A stretch of 63,980 bases of DNA, filler included, from Conidiobolus incongruus B7586 (lineage: Eukaryota): assembly GCA_000697335.1 (NCBI GenBank). It is 28 parts of 28 records of this genome, joined end to end, with 100 filler letters (N's around TTAATTAATTAA, not from the genome) between each part and the next. Parts side by side here need not be neighbours in the genome. Positions count along the whole stretch, not along the records: positions 1 to 1,175 come from JNEM01004771.1; positions 1,276 to 2,459 come from JNEM01004772.1; positions 2,560 to 3,685 come from JNEM01004773.1; positions 3,786 to 9,287 come from JNEM01004775.1; positions 9,388 to 10,655 come from JNEM01004776.1; positions 10,756 to 11,879 come from JNEM01004777.1; positions 11,980 to 13,201 come from JNEM01004778.1; positions 13,302 to 14,721 come from JNEM01004781.1; 20 more parts are not named here. One strand, written 5' to 3'. The notes under the pieces are model-generated. The model worked only from the letters and a program-made list of their open reading frames with translations, did not search any database and had not been told where the DNA came from. A program made the translations under genes and the position numbers. Shown here in pieces: positions 1-13,462 of the stretch (the stretch's first letter is position 1; each line of letters starts with the position of its first letter).

Positions 1-1150
1 ATATTATTAGTTTGAAATAAATAAATATATACAAAGTTAATAGGAAATTATATATTTTTAATATATATATAATAATTTTTTTATTTTAAAAATATAATTT
101 TTAAAATTTATTGTTTAATTTAATTATACTTAAATTAAATAATAACCATCAAAAGTTTTTTATTTTAGTATTAGTAAAACTTAACCACAAACCCTCTAAA
201 ATCATTTAAAATTTACAAACAACTTTTGATAATAAAGTATTATCTAAATTAACAATTAATCACTAGATAAATTATTTTAAGATTAAGAGAAAAATTACCC
301 AAAACTTATTAAAATTTATAAGATTAATTTCAACTGTTTTTTTCAAATTATTAATAAAATAAAAAAAAACATATTAAAAGGTACTTTTTTATTTCAGGTG
401 AAGAATTATCAAGATATTTTAATATTAGTTATATAAGTATTTTATAAATATTAAAGTTTAAATTAATATTAATTAATAATAATATAAAATAGGTATCTTA
501 TAATTTAACTAAAACTTAAAATTAAAATAGCTATTGTTAAACAAAACTTACTAAGATATAACTAGGATTTAAAGCTTTTATAATAAATTATTATAATTGA
601 TAAATCTTAGATTTTTTGTATAATCTTTTATTAAATTATAAATCAAGATGTTAGATTAAGCTAAATCAACTTCTTTTATAAATTTCTTTAAATAAACATT
701 ATATTAATAAGTAAATATTAATTATTATAATAAATTATAATATTATATGCTATTCCTATTTAACTCTTAAAGAAGAATTAATTAATAATAAACTTTATAT
801 TTTTTAAATTAAATTATTTTTAATTGGTATTTTTAATATAATTTGAGAAAATCTATTATTTTGCATGATAATTATAAAATATAAAAATCTAAAATTGTAA
901 AAAACTTTCTAATTAAAAATAAATAAAAGAAACTACTATATTTAGTATATTCCTTAGATTATAACTCATGTGATTATAATTGCTTTAGGTAATTAAAAAA
1001 CCAACTTATAAGAAAGAAAATTTTTATAAGAAAATTTAATTAGTTTATAAAATATCAAATTTCAGTTTTTAATAAAAAGAATTATATTTTAGATATTAGA
1101 TCTTTATTAAAAATATTACAAAAAATTATTAGAGGTAAAAGATTTTATTG
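1..1150 (+). mobile_element. Degenerate mariner (DD34D) transposon, family A
   Basis: Collinear with the other A copies. It keeps ttg cat gat aat (LHDN) near 861 and tat tcc tta gat tat aac tca tgt gat tat (YSxDYNxCDY) near 948-977. Many TAA/TAG stops derive from CAA/TGG. Confidence 0.88.
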
Positions 1151-1175
1151 ATTCTATATAATATATTTATTTTTT

Positions 1176-1275
1176 NNNNNNNNNNNNNNNNNNNNNNNNN
1201 NNNNNNNNNNNNNNNNNNNTTAATTAATTAANNNNNNNNNNNNNNNNNNNNNNNNNNNNNNNNNNNNNNNNNNNN
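1176..1275. other. Artificial contig-joining linker (44 N + TTAATTAATTAA + 44 N); first of 27
   Basis: The same 100-nt spacer, with stops in all six frames, starts at 1176, 2460, 3686, 9288, 10656, 11880, 13202, 14722, 16009, 17359, 18619, 27146, 28321, 29464, 32899, 34933, 36052, 37356, 38963, 40081, 46362, 56291, 57635, 58763, 59940, 61576 and 62705. Confidence 0.99.
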
Positions 1276-2591
1276 AAAAATAAATGAAAATTATAATTTA
1301 AATTATTTAATAAATTTATTTTATAATAATTATTAAAATTAATAATAATAAAAATTTTTTTAAATTAAATTAAATTAATTGAAAATTGTTAACTTATAAT
1401 AATAATATAAATATACATTCATTTTATATTAATAATATTAATTTTGAATTATATATATTTTATTAAATTAAAATTATATTATTTTCACATTGTTATTGGT
1501 TAATATACCATTCAGAAACTTTTGAGTTTAAATATAAAGATAATAATCTAATAGATTATTATCAAAAATTTATTTTTATAATATTTATGCAATATAATAT
1601 AAAAAATCATATTTTATATAACAAAAGCATTTTTTTGAATTCAAGAGATAATTGAGTATATAATTATTTATAATTAAAACCCTCTATTTATTTAAAATGA
1701 AAATATTAATTAAATAAAAAAATTATATAATTAAATATCAAATTTATTATATATATAGATGGACTTAATTTTAAAAATTAAAAATTTAATTAATTGGATG
1801 ATTTATTAATATTATTATACCAAGTAATATAATTGATTAAATACCTTTTAACCAATATATATATATATATATTTGGCTTGTTATAAAGTTTTTTATTGAT
1901 TTGCTTGTTATTTATATTTATTACTCTTAACTTGAAATTCAAAAATATATGGATTTATATATTTAATATTATTATTGAATATAATATAATATAATCTTCC
2001 AAATTAATTAATTATATTATTTAAGTTATTATTAAAAGTTTATTTCTGTAATACTAATTACAAAATAGATATCCTTTATATTTTAAATTATATATTCATT
2101 ATTTTATAGGATGGAGTATAATTTAATATAAATATCTCTTAAAAAAGTTAGAAATTTTTAATTAAGATTTAATTCAAAATATAATATTATTACTATAATA
2201 ATCATAAGATAATTTAAAATTAAAATCAATATTAAATAAAATTTTTAATATATAATATAAAATATATAATATAAAAAATTAAATATATAATAAAATTATT
2301 AAAAAATAATTATTTTATCAAATATTTAAAATTAATATGATATAAATTATTTTAGTTTATATATAAAATTTTTTTATAAAAATATTTTTTAATTAGCTAA
2401 AGCAATTATAATGACATATTTATATTTTGATAAATATAATAAATATAATAGATTTTGTTNNNNNNNNNNNNNNNNNNNNNNNNNNNNNNNNNNNNNNNNN
2501 NNNTTAATTAATTAANNNNNNNNNNNNNNNNNNNNNNNNNNNNNNNNNNNNNNNNNNNNATATTAATAAATTAATATATACTTTTTATCTA

Positions 2592-3685
2592 TATTAACTT
2601 GCAAAAATAAGTTATAAAATCAAAAACACTTATATTTTTATTAATAACTTGATTAAAATTTAATAAAATAAACTTATATTTAATAATTAAAATCTATTAT
2701 ATTTATTAATAATATATATCATTAAATAATAATATTTAGCTATTAATTGGTTAAAATATAGACCCTTGAATTTTACCTAAAGTGAGTTATAAATTTTTGG
2801 ATTTTTGATGATAAAAAAATTAAAACCTAATGTATCTATTTTTAGCTTTTTTATTTTTTTTAAATTTATGGGGTATAAAGTCAACTAATTTTTTATATTA
2901 AGAGGGGTTATTCTTATTTTATACTTCTTGAACATATTCTTAAAATTGATTTAAATTTTTTGCTAAAGGGAAAGTTTTAATAATTATTTTAACTAATCCT
3001 TAAGAAGTTTAATTAGATTAATATTAAAAGATTAAAGTGGCTATTTTATAACTATTATCTTGTTATTTTTAAGCTATTTGGTAATAAAAGTTATAATATA
3101 AAATAAGCTATTAATTTACTAGAAAATAATCTTAAATTTATATAACTTATTTTATTCAATAATTTTTTTAACTTATTATTTAAAATATTTTAATATATTT
3201 TAATATTAATTCCCCTATTAACTTTATAAAAATACCCTATTTTTAAAGACAACATATAATTTTAAATAAAAATTAACCTATTATTATACTTTTAAGTAGA
3301 ATTAATATAATAGTTATAATATAGTTCTATATTTTTTCTGAAGTTTTTAACTACTTTATTAAATTTATTAAAATATATTTTTGTTTTATTAGACTAAATA
3401 ACCTTATTCCAACTAGTTTTAATTTAATATTAGTAATAATATTTAAATTCCCATTTAATTTTATAATGGGATTTTTTTTAGTTAAGGGTGTTTTTTCTTG
3501 TGGTATAAGTAATATCTATGCTAATATAAAATATATATAATATTATTAATGCTAACTAATATTCTTATATAGTTTTATAATTCTTGTTATATTTTTACAA
3601 TAATATTATACTTGCTTGTATTAATTAACTTATAGATATTTTTCTTATTATATTAATTTATAATCTTAATATATTTAAGTTTAGG
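2592..3685 (-). mobile_element. Degenerate Tc1-like (DD34E) transposon, family B, with 3' TIR
   Basis: Reverse-collinear with the 17459-18618 copy. The TIR end tattaacttgcaaaaataagttataaaatcaaaaac follows a TA. Confidence 0.88.
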
Positions 3686-6600
3686 NNNNNNNNNNNNNNN
3701 NNNNNNNNNNNNNNNNNNNNNNNNNNNNNTTAATTAATTAANNNNNNNNNNNNNNNNNNNNNNNNNNNNNNNNNNNNNNNNNNNNTAATTAATTATAAAT
3801 ATAAAAATAATAATAAATTTTAATAAAATATATAATATTTATTAATTAATAAAATAATTTAAACTAATATTATATATTATTACACTAAATATAAATTTAA
3901 AACTAATAATAATAATAGAGACTAAGCTATAATAATATAATGATATGATAATTTCTCACTAAAATATATATTTAAAAATATATATATATTATTTTTTCCT
4001 AATTTTTGATTTTAATATTAAATTTGTTTATGTAATTATCAAATACTTTGAGAGTATTTTTACTTTATATCAAACTATTTATTATATAAATATAATTTTT
4101 TAATTTAAATATTAATAGATTAAAATTAAAAATATTTAAAAATTAATTAAAAGATACATTATTTTGTATTTTATTATTAACAAATATTTAAGTTAAAATA
4201 AATATTAATTTAAAAATTTTTTAATTTTTAAAATTATTTTATATTAATAAAAAAATTAATATTTTCAAGATATTTTACTAATACTTAAATTGAAAATTTT
4301 TTCAATTTAAAACTAAGGATTAAAATATGAATTTAATAGTTTGATAGTAAGTAAACATTGTAAGTTAATATATCATCGACCTTAGTTAATATCATGATTA
4401 TATATATATTGTTTATTATCCATATACAAATTTCTTTAAGATTTAGATTATATATATATATATCATGCACAAAATATATTTAATCTAAATAAAGAATAAT
4501 TAAATGACAAACAAAAGTTTTGATTTATATTATATTTATTGAGTATAATAATTAATTTTAATATACACATATTCATGCAATTGTGAATGTTAGTTTTGTA
4601 AATTTATTACTCTAAAAATAATTTTTTTTATTAATTTTAAAGTATTAAAATAAAATTTTTATTAATTTTTATTTTTAAAAAAAATTGTTAAATATTTTAA
4701 TTTAATCATAATTATATAATATTGACTAAATAATATCAATTTTTTAATTTGTTTTACAAAATCTAAAAATAGAATTATATAGTATATATTAAAATTAAAA
4801 TGTAATAATATATTATCTGAGCATAATGAAACTTTGATAAGGATTATTATTAAATGATTTTAATATTTAATATAGTTTATATCAACGATCACTGCATATA
4901 TTTTAAATTTAAACATTTATTTTTATTCATATGAATTAATTGATTTAATATACCATAATTTAAATGATTCAGTTCAATTATTTTGATATGCATTGATATT
5001 TTAATTACTCATTGTAAGTATCTATTGTATAATAGTCCTTGTAAAGATTAATGATATTTTAATATAACTAATTTAAATTATGAATTTGATTATAGTTTTT
5101 TAAATAATTCATATTGATTTTACTTAACAAACGATAGAAATATAATGTATTAATTTAATATTAATTTTATTTACCAAATATATCAATCTATTAAAATAAT
5201 TTATTATCATTAAGTTGAATGTATTCATCCGTCTATATATTTTTTTCATTTCATGATTTCTGCTAAGATCCAAAGCTGTTTTTGGATAATATTGAACATT
5301 ATTGGTAACACATAATATTATTAAATTATATAATAATTTTTATAATACAAATTCCCTAAAATTCAAAAATTAATTAAAAATATTTTAAATTTTATCAGTA
5401 TTTATGATTTTAGTTTTAGTATCATTAAATTAGAAAAAAATTATTAGTTTATTTTGATTAAACTATATTAAAAAAGCATTATTAACTGGAAATAGAAATA
5501 AAATTTTCATTGCTTAATAGATTCAACAATTAGTTATTAATAAATCTAACCTGTAGTTTTCAAAAAAGAAAATATGAATAGAGGCATAATTGTTTATGTA
5601 GATATTAAATTTTAAAAGTAAATATTTGCTTGTATTCAAACTAAAAATAGTATTTAATTCGATTATTCAGCTTAAAAAAATGCTTTATTCTTACCAAGCG
5701 TTAATATATGGAAATGATGCTTAAAGAACTTTACTAAGTTCCTGTTTGCCTTGGTATAATAAAAAATTTAATAAAATTTTAATTTTATTACTTGCAAAAA
5801 TAAGCAATATTTGTTAATATATAAAATTATGTAATAAATTTGATTTTATATAACAATATCTTTTTTAAATTAATTATTTTGGAAAAGCTCTTTTTTTAAA
5901 AAATATATTATCTTACACTTTAGAATAAATAAATTATTTATTTTCACAAATTTTGAATTTTGGTATATTAAAAAACAAAGGAAATGTATATATATATATA
6001 TATCTGAATATTAATAAATTAAAAATTCATTTCATCCAACTATAGGATAATAGTATAATATCAGGATTATCATTCTTTTCACTAAAATGAATATATATTT
6101 ATCATAAGACAATTCTATAATTATCCTTTAAATTCTGAATATTTATTTTTATTAATTAACGTCTTGTATATTCAAAGGTAGGAATATTAAATATTCAATA
6201 TTTTTAATCAAAATAAAAATTAAATAATAATATTATAATACACAGGAATATGGTTATTGCATTGATTAAGAATTGCATGACATCTTTCAAAGTTTCAGTG
6301 TCCATTATTCTTTTATATTTTATTTAAACCAATTAAAATGCTTTATATAATATTTATTATTATTTTAGATAAACTGATTGAATTATGATTCATATTATGC
6401 AAACTCAAAAATTTAACAAAAATATGCAATTTCTCAACAATTTTAAAAAATACTAATATAAATTTTGACTAATTTGGAATTATTTGATTGATATAATAAT
6501 TATAAAACTTGGTGTTATAATTTTAATAATCGTTGATATTATTGATAAAAAGATGTGATTATTGGAACAAAATAATTGGTTTGTAATAATATTAACTAAT

Positions 6601-7634
6601 AGGTTTTAGTTTTGCACAATAGCATAAAACAAAGAAGATTGCAAATGTATGTATTCAAATTTTTTGATATCATCCATTATTGTACCCTACAACTTTATAT
6701 TTCAATTCTTTATAATGTAAAATACATCTGGCCATTTTATAATATTTTATCACTAAATCCTATCTCAAACATCTTTGACAAGATAATAGAACTATAATTA
6801 TTGTTGAGCTTATTTACTAGGTATCAAAAAATATTAAAACAATCAATTATAAGTACAAAAAATTTATTAAAAAAAAATAGAATTTATTTTTAATTTAAAA
6901 AATATTTAGTCAAATATTGTCGGCCCATATTATGAAAAAAGACTGATAGATATATTCTATATAGAAGATTAAAAACTAATTTTTTATAATAAATAATCTA
7001 CTTTTTATTATTAAAATGAAAATATTTAAAATAATACTATTTTTATTTATTTATTTATTTATTTTAGTGATAATTCAAAGCCAAAAATTTTAAAGAGAAG
7101 ATCAGTAATTAATAAGTTTTACTTAAAATTATACTTACATAAAAATTCGAAATTAAAACTGACAATTTTGTGATTTCAAATTATAAAATTCTATTTATAA
7201 ACTATTAAAAACACTATATTATTTGTATTGAAACCTAATAAACTTAATTAAAACTAAAAATATTATAATTTATTTCTATCAAGTTGACATATTATTTAAT
7301 TCAATTATGAATTCCTATATTTATTCAAAACATTATCTTGATAGAGTTATATTGATTTTCAATGATACTTTTATACTTATTATAATATTTGTTTTTGAAA
7401 CAAAATATTCCTACAATTTGACTCGTGATTAATTTAAGGCATTGTAAGTATTAAATTCGCGAACTAAGATATTTATATTTTTCATGTACATTGCAATTAT
7501 ATTTTAAATATTAATTAAGAGATATATGATGAAGTGATAAGTAGTGGAATATATAAGGGATTAGGTTGTATGTTTAAAGTTGTGATATAGTAAACGATTT
7601 AGATAATTGCGTGAAATCGATAAATTATTAAGAT

Positions 7635-8771
7635 ATGAAGTTGGCCAAATTATTAATTTTTGTATCATTAACAGTATTTGGTGAAGCGAAGCCATTTAAC
7701 AGTGATTCTGCAGAACTTGATACACAAAACAATAGTAAAATACCCAGGCCAACCACTGTCCAAACCCCATATATTAAAACTACTAAAATAACCAAACCTC
7801 CTAAACCGACCACTACCCCTTGTACCAAGACCACTAAACCAACTACTACTCCATGCACTAAGGCTGCTACTACCACTCCTTGCACCACTACTACAACTAC
7901 TCCATGTACCACTACTACTACCACTAGTCCATGTACCACCACTACTACAACTACTCCATGTACCACCACTACTACTACCACTCCTTGCACCACCACTACT
8001 ACAACTACTCCATGTACCACCACTACTACTACCACTCCTTGCACCACTACTACTACAACTACTCCATGTACCACCACTACTACCACTCCTTGCACCACTA
8101 CTACAACTACTCCATGTATCACCACTACTACTACCACTCCATGTACCACCACTACTACCACTCCTTGCACCACTACTACAACTACTCCATGTATCACCAC
8201 TACTACTACCACTCCATGTACCACCACTACTACCACTCCTTGCACCACTACTACAACTACTCCATGTATCACCACTACTACTACCACTCCATGTACCACC
8301 ACTACTACCACTCCTTGCACCACTACTACAACTACTCCATGTATCACCACTACTACTACCACTCCATGTACCACCACTACTACCACTCCTTGCACCACTA
8401 CTACAACTACTCCATGTATCACCACTACTACTACCACTCCATGTACCACCACTACTACCACTCCTTGCACCACTACTACAACTACTCCATGTATCACCAC
8501 TACTACTACCACTCCATGTACCACCACTACTACCACTCCTTGCACCACTACTACAACTACTCCATGTATCACCACTACTACTACCACTCCATGTACCACC
8601 ACTACTACCACTCCTTGCACCACTACTACAACTACTCCATGTATCACCACTACTACTACCACTCCATGTACCACCACTACTATTACAACTACTCCTTGTA
8701 CCATTACTACCACTCCATGCACCATCATTACCACTACTCCATGTCCTGAAACTACCACTATTACTCCCTAA
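7635..8771 (+). CDS. Secreted Thr/Pro/Cys-rich mucin-like protein (378 aa)
   Basis: Intact ORF with a signal-peptide-like start (MKLAKLLIFVSLTVFGEA), then PC(T)6-7 repeats. No transmembrane or GPI tail seen. TATA-like atataag lies near 7551. Confidence 0.85.
   Translation: MKLAKLLIFVSLTVFGEAKPFNSDSAELDTQNNSKIPRPTTVQTPYIKTTKITKPPKPTTTPCTKTTKPTTTPCTKAATTTPCTTTTTTPCTTTTTTSPCTTTTTTTPCTTTTTTTPCTTTTTTTPCTTTTTTTPCTTTTTTTPCTTTTTTPCTTTTTTPCITTTTTTPCTTTTTTPCTTTTTTPCITTTTTTPCTTTTTTPCTTTTTTPCITTTTTTPCTTTTTTPCTTTTTTPCITTTTTTPCTTTTTTPCTTTTTTPCITTTTTTPCTTTTTTPCTTTTTTPCITTTTTTPCTTTTTTPCTTTTTTPCITTTTTTPCTTTTTTPCTTTTTTPCITTTTTTPCTTTTITTTPCTITTTPCTIITTTPCPETTTITP
8065..8665 (+). repeat. Coding minisatellite: about 8 identical 75-bp higher-order units (24+24+27 nt; PCTTTTTT-PCTTTTTT-PCITTTTTT)
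   Basis: The tgtatc (Cys-Ile) marker recurs every 75 nt from about 8115 to 8640. The lines starting 8101 and 8401 are identical. Confidence 0.95.
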
Positions 8772-9387
8772 ACCGAATCTTTTATTATTTCTTACCAAAA
8801 GTTATTTCAATTATAGCATGAATATGAACCAATTGATCAATTAATCCGTATAACTTTAGTTTTGATATATTTTAACCTATCATCTTTAGGTTCAATAAAA
8901 TTACACTATTTAGTACAAATTTTTATCATTAATTTTATATATTTCTTTTATTTTATTAATTTCACTATATGGATTTAATTTATATTTTATCAATTCTTTC
9001 TTTTAATATTAAAATATATTTTAATTTTATTAAAGTACTATTATTTTTATTACAATTATCAAGAACATATTATATTATATTAAAAATTTAATAATTATTA
9101 AATAATTCAAAATTTTATATTTCTTTTTATATGAATATAATTAATTTTAATAGATATATAAATATATATTCCCAATATTTGAGTTAAATTTAAAAGCAAA
9201 TATATTATTAATTATGATTAATTAATTCATTCATTAATATTTAATTTGTAAAAGATAAAATTAAATATGAATATAAAAATATAATTTNNNNNNNNNNNNN
9301 NNNNNNNNNNNNNNNNNNNNNNNNNNNNNNNTTAATTAATTAANNNNNNNNNNNNNNNNNNNNNNNNNNNNNNNNNNNNNNNNNNNN

Positions 9388-10655
9388 CTCTTTTTATTAT
9401 TATTTTATATAATATTTTATAAATATACTAAATTTTTTTATTAATATTATTATACCTAAATCTCTTTTTAAAAAAATCTATTTGTGTATTAATTAGCTTT
9501 ATAATAAAGGTAAATTAACTTGTAATATTATTAGAATTATTAGTGTTAGTTAATTTACTATAGTTAAAGTTATTAAAAATAGCAATAAAAAAATATTTAA
9601 ACTTAAACTTAAATGTGTTAAAATTATAAATGAATATAATAAGAAATATATTTATAGGTTAGTTAATACAGGTAAATATAATATTATTGTAGAAATATAA
9701 CAAAAATTATAAAATTATATAAAAATATTAGTTAACACTAATGCTATTATATATACTTTATATTAATATAGATATTACTTACACTTTAAGAAAAAACACC
9801 CTTAACTAAAAAAATCCCACTATAAAGTTAGATAAAAGTTTAAATATTATTACTAAAATTAAACTAAAACTAATTAGAGTAAAGTTATTTAATTTAATAA
9901 AATAAAAATATATTTTAGAAAATTTAATAAAAAAGCTAGATATTTTAAAAAAGATATAAAATTACTTTATAACTATTATATTAATTTTATCTAAAAGTAT
10001 AATAATAAGTTAATTATTATTTAAAGATATATATTATTTTTAGGTGTAAGTTATTTTTATAAAGTTAATAAGGGAATTAATATTAAAATGTATTAAAATA
10101 TTTTAAATAATAAATTGAAAAAAATTATTAAATAAAATAGGTTAAATAAATTTAATATTATTTTTTAATAAGATAATACTTTTTATTATATTAAAGTTTT
10201 TATTACTAAATAGCTTATAAATAACAAGATAATAGGTATAAAATAGCTTCTTTAATTTTCTAACTCTAATTTAATTAAATTTTTTTTAGATTAGTTAAAA
10301 TATGCTATTAAAGTTTTCCCCCTAATAAAAAATTTAAATTAATTTAAAAATTATGTTTAGGAAGTATAGAACAAGATTAACCCTTTTTAATATAAGAAGT
10401 TAATTGATTCTATACCTTAAAAACTTAAAGAAGTTAGAAAAGCTAAAGATAGATATATTAAATTTTAATTTTTTTTTATCATTAAAAACTTACAAATTTA
10501 TAACTCACCTTAGGTAAAATTTAAAGGTTTATATTTTAACTAATTAATAACTAAATATCATCATTTAATAATATATATAATCAATAAACTTATAGATTTT
10601 AATTATTTAATTTAAGTTTATTTCATTAAATATTAATTAAGTTATTAGTAAAAAT
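9388..10655 (+). mobile_element. Degenerate Tc1-like transposon, family B
   Basis: Collinear with other B copies. It ends in gaa gtt aga aaa gct aaa (EVRKAK) followed by the long TIR. Confidence 0.88.
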
Positions 10656-10755
10656 NNNNNNNNNNNNNNNNNNNNNNNNNNNNNNNNNNNNNNNNNNNNT
10701 TAATTAATTAANNNNNNNNNNNNNNNNNNNNNNNNNNNNNNNNNNNNNNNNNNNN

Positions 10756-10985
10756 ACTAATATCTTATAATATTAATAAAAATAGCTTTAATTTTAGAAA
10801 TAATATAAAAAATAAAAAATAATTAAAATTGAGAAAAAAAAACTAATTTATTTAATAATTTAATATTATTTATATAATTATTTTAGTTATAAAAGTATAA
10901 ATTAATTATATAATTTATAATTAATTTAACTATCACAAAATATATATAAGAATTTAGAAAAATAATTTCCTAATATTCCCTAAGT
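10756..10985 (+). repeat. Internal fragment of unclassified repeat family C
   Basis: Reverse complement of about 34200-34420, with transition-type differences. Confidence 0.65.
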
Positions 10986-11161
10986 AAGTTTTTAAAAAAT
11001 ATATATTTTTTAAATTTTTATAAATAAATATAATTCTTAGGTATTAACACTAACAACAATAGGCTTTATGAGCTTAAACAGGGAATCACCAGTGGTAAAC
11101 AATAAATTACTATGTAATTAAGGGAAATTATTGGGGTTTACCAAAGTAGGTGAAAATAACT

Positions 11162-11453
11162 TGTTACAAATTGGGTTCTTTGAATAAAGTAAATATCTCA
11201 CACTCATCACAACTCAACACTTTTGTGAGGGTTACAAGAAAAACTTAGAGACAGTATACTTTTGAAAATGAAGATTGAAGATGTGTTTATTAGTTTACTT
11301 ATGATAATCTTATATTAGGTTCCATTGTTGATTTTTGTGGACATAAACAACTTATGGGCAGAAAGTAATATGATCAACTAGTTCATAGGGTGTGATATCT
11401 CTAATGTGACTTCTTGAATCCTGTGGTAATTAGAGTTTCTTGAGTAATTGACA
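11162..11453 (-). mobile_element. Probable LTR (about 290 bp) with adjoining GC-richer sequence at about 11030-11160
   Basis: TGT...ACA termini. On the minus strand a TATAAG is followed by AATAAA. It is GC-richer than the flanks. No TSD was found, so it is not a clean solo LTR. Confidence 0.45.
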
Positions 11454-11799
11454 AGATTGTTCTCTATTATAATATATTAAAATATTCTTAAAATTTTTTA
11501 TATATTATTATATAATATCTTTAATAAGATAACCAATTTATTTTTTATAAAAATAAAGTTTATTCTTGATAAATTTAAATTTAAATATATAATTAATATA
11601 ATATTTTTTTCTCTATCTTAATTAATAATTAAATCTAATTTTAAAGTTTCTAATAAATTAAAAAATATATTAAAATCTTTAAAATAAAATTTAATTTTAA
11701 ATATATGAAAGGTAAAGTTGATTTTTAAAGTTAAAGGTAATTTTAAAGTAATATTTTTAAAATTTAAATTAATAAATTAAATATATAGGGAATATAATA

Positions 11800-11879
11800 C
11801 ACTAACCTATAAAAGTGAGTTATAAAATTAAAAATATATATATTTTAATTAATAACTAAAACAATTATATATATTAGAT
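11800..11879. mobile_element. Family B terminal inverted repeat end
   Basis: ta|cactaacctataaaagtgagttataaaattaaaaa matches the B termini at 2592, 35069 and 37500. Confidence 0.75.
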
Positions 11880-11979
11880 NNNNNNNNNNNNNNNNNNNNN
11901 NNNNNNNNNNNNNNNNNNNNNNNTTAATTAATTAANNNNNNNNNNNNNNNNNNNNNNNNNNNNNNNNNNNNNNNNNNNN

Positions 11980-13201
11980 CACTTATATATTTATTAATAA
12001 TTTAATTAATATTTAATGAAATAAATTTAAATTAAGTAATCAAAATCTATTATATTTATTAATATTATATTTTATTTAATAATGATATTTAATTATTAAT
12101 TGGTTAAAATATCAACCCTTAAATTTAATTAAGATAGGTTATATATTTATAGATTTTTAGTGATAAAAAAATTATAACTTAATATATTTATCTTTAGTTT
12201 TACTAATTTTTTTAAGTTTATAAGATATAAAATCAATTATTTTTTTTAATTAAACAAGGTTAATTTTATTTTATACCTCTTAAATATATTCCTAAAATTA
12301 ATTTAAATTTTTGATTAAAGGAAAAGTTTTAATAATTGTTGATTTTTTAGGTCAAGTCCTGGTTGGAGGGGATTATACTTATTCTTGATCTCTGAGTTAC
12401 CTTGCTTTTCTATAATTTATAGTTATAATGAAGTTAGATTTTATTAATTTCAGAATATATTAACTAGACAAAATACTTGCATAGATTAGTAACAAAGTAT
12501 ACCTTTTTATTTTTTATTTCTAAGAAAAACCAAAATTAATTTATTTTCTAAAGCAATAAAAATTATCTTTTTATATAAATATCAAATTCCCATGATTCCT
12601 CAAATAAGATTAAAAAAAATAAATCCTAAATAGTAAAATGGTAAAATAGTAAAATAGTAAAATAGCTGATTAACTCCATTTTTAGCCAATAACTTGACAA
12701 TAATTTTTTTGACTAATCTTAAAAATATTTAATGAAATTAAATTTAAGAGATTAAAAAAGTTACTTTATAACTATTATCTTGTTATTTTTAAGTTATTTG
12801 GTAATAAAAGTTATAATATAACAAAAAGAATTATCTTACTAAAAAATAACATTAAATTGGTTTAACCAATATTATTCAATAAATTTATTGAATTTATTAT
12901 TTAAAATACTCTAATATATTTTAATATTAATTACCTTATTAATTTTATAAGGATAGTTTTTAACTAAAAACAATATATATTCTTAAATAATAATTAACCT
13001 ATTAATATATTTTTGGGTAAAATTAATATAATGCTTATAAAATAATTTTTATATTTTTTTTGAAATATTTAACTTTTTTATCAAATTTACTAAAATATAT
13101 TTTTGCTTTATTAAATTAAATAATTTATTTTAAATAATTCTGATTTAATATTAATAGTAATATTGAAATTCTTATATAATTTTATATTATGACTTCTGTA
13201 G
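11980..13201 (-). mobile_element. Degenerate Tc1-like transposon, family B, interrupted by a solo LTR
   Basis: Collinear with 2592-3685 on both sides of the 12337-12699 insertion. Confidence 0.88.
12337..12699. mobile_element. Solo LTR (363 bp) with 5-bp TSD ATAAT
   Basis: TGTTGA...TTGACA termini. ATAAT lies at 12332-12336 and 12700-12704. The empty site is visible in other B copies (about 2975-2995). It contains internal gtaaaata tandem repeats. Confidence 0.85.
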
Positions 13202-13399
13202 NNNNNNNNNNNNNNNNNNNNNNNNNNNNNNNNNNNNNNNNNNNNTTAATTAATTAANNNNNNNNNNNNNNNNNNNNNNNNNNNNNNNNNNNNNNNNNNN
13301 NATTAATTTTTTAATCAAAAATATTATTATATAAATATATATAATTTAAAAACATATAATTTCTTATTCACTTTATATATATTTATTCATTTAAAATTA

Positions 13400-13462
13400 A
13401 TAATATGTTTCAAAAATCAAAAATTAAAAAATTTCCTATTATCTGAAATTTAAGATAATAAT
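13400..13462 (-). mobile_element. Mariner family A left-end fragment
   Basis: caaaaatcaaaaattaaaaaatttcctatta is the reverse complement of the A start near 55500. A similar fragment lies at 14822-14920. Confidence 0.55.

Noticed and set aside
6612..6797. 61-aa ORF
   Set aside because: Non-ATG start, AT-driven composition and no recognisable motif.
7628..8798. Val-rich (7628-8758, -), Ser/Gly-rich (7668-8798, -) and His/Tyr-rich (7931-8749, +) ORFs
   Set aside because: These are shadow frames of the ACT/ACC minisatellite. Only 7635-8771 has a signal peptide and a unique N-terminus.
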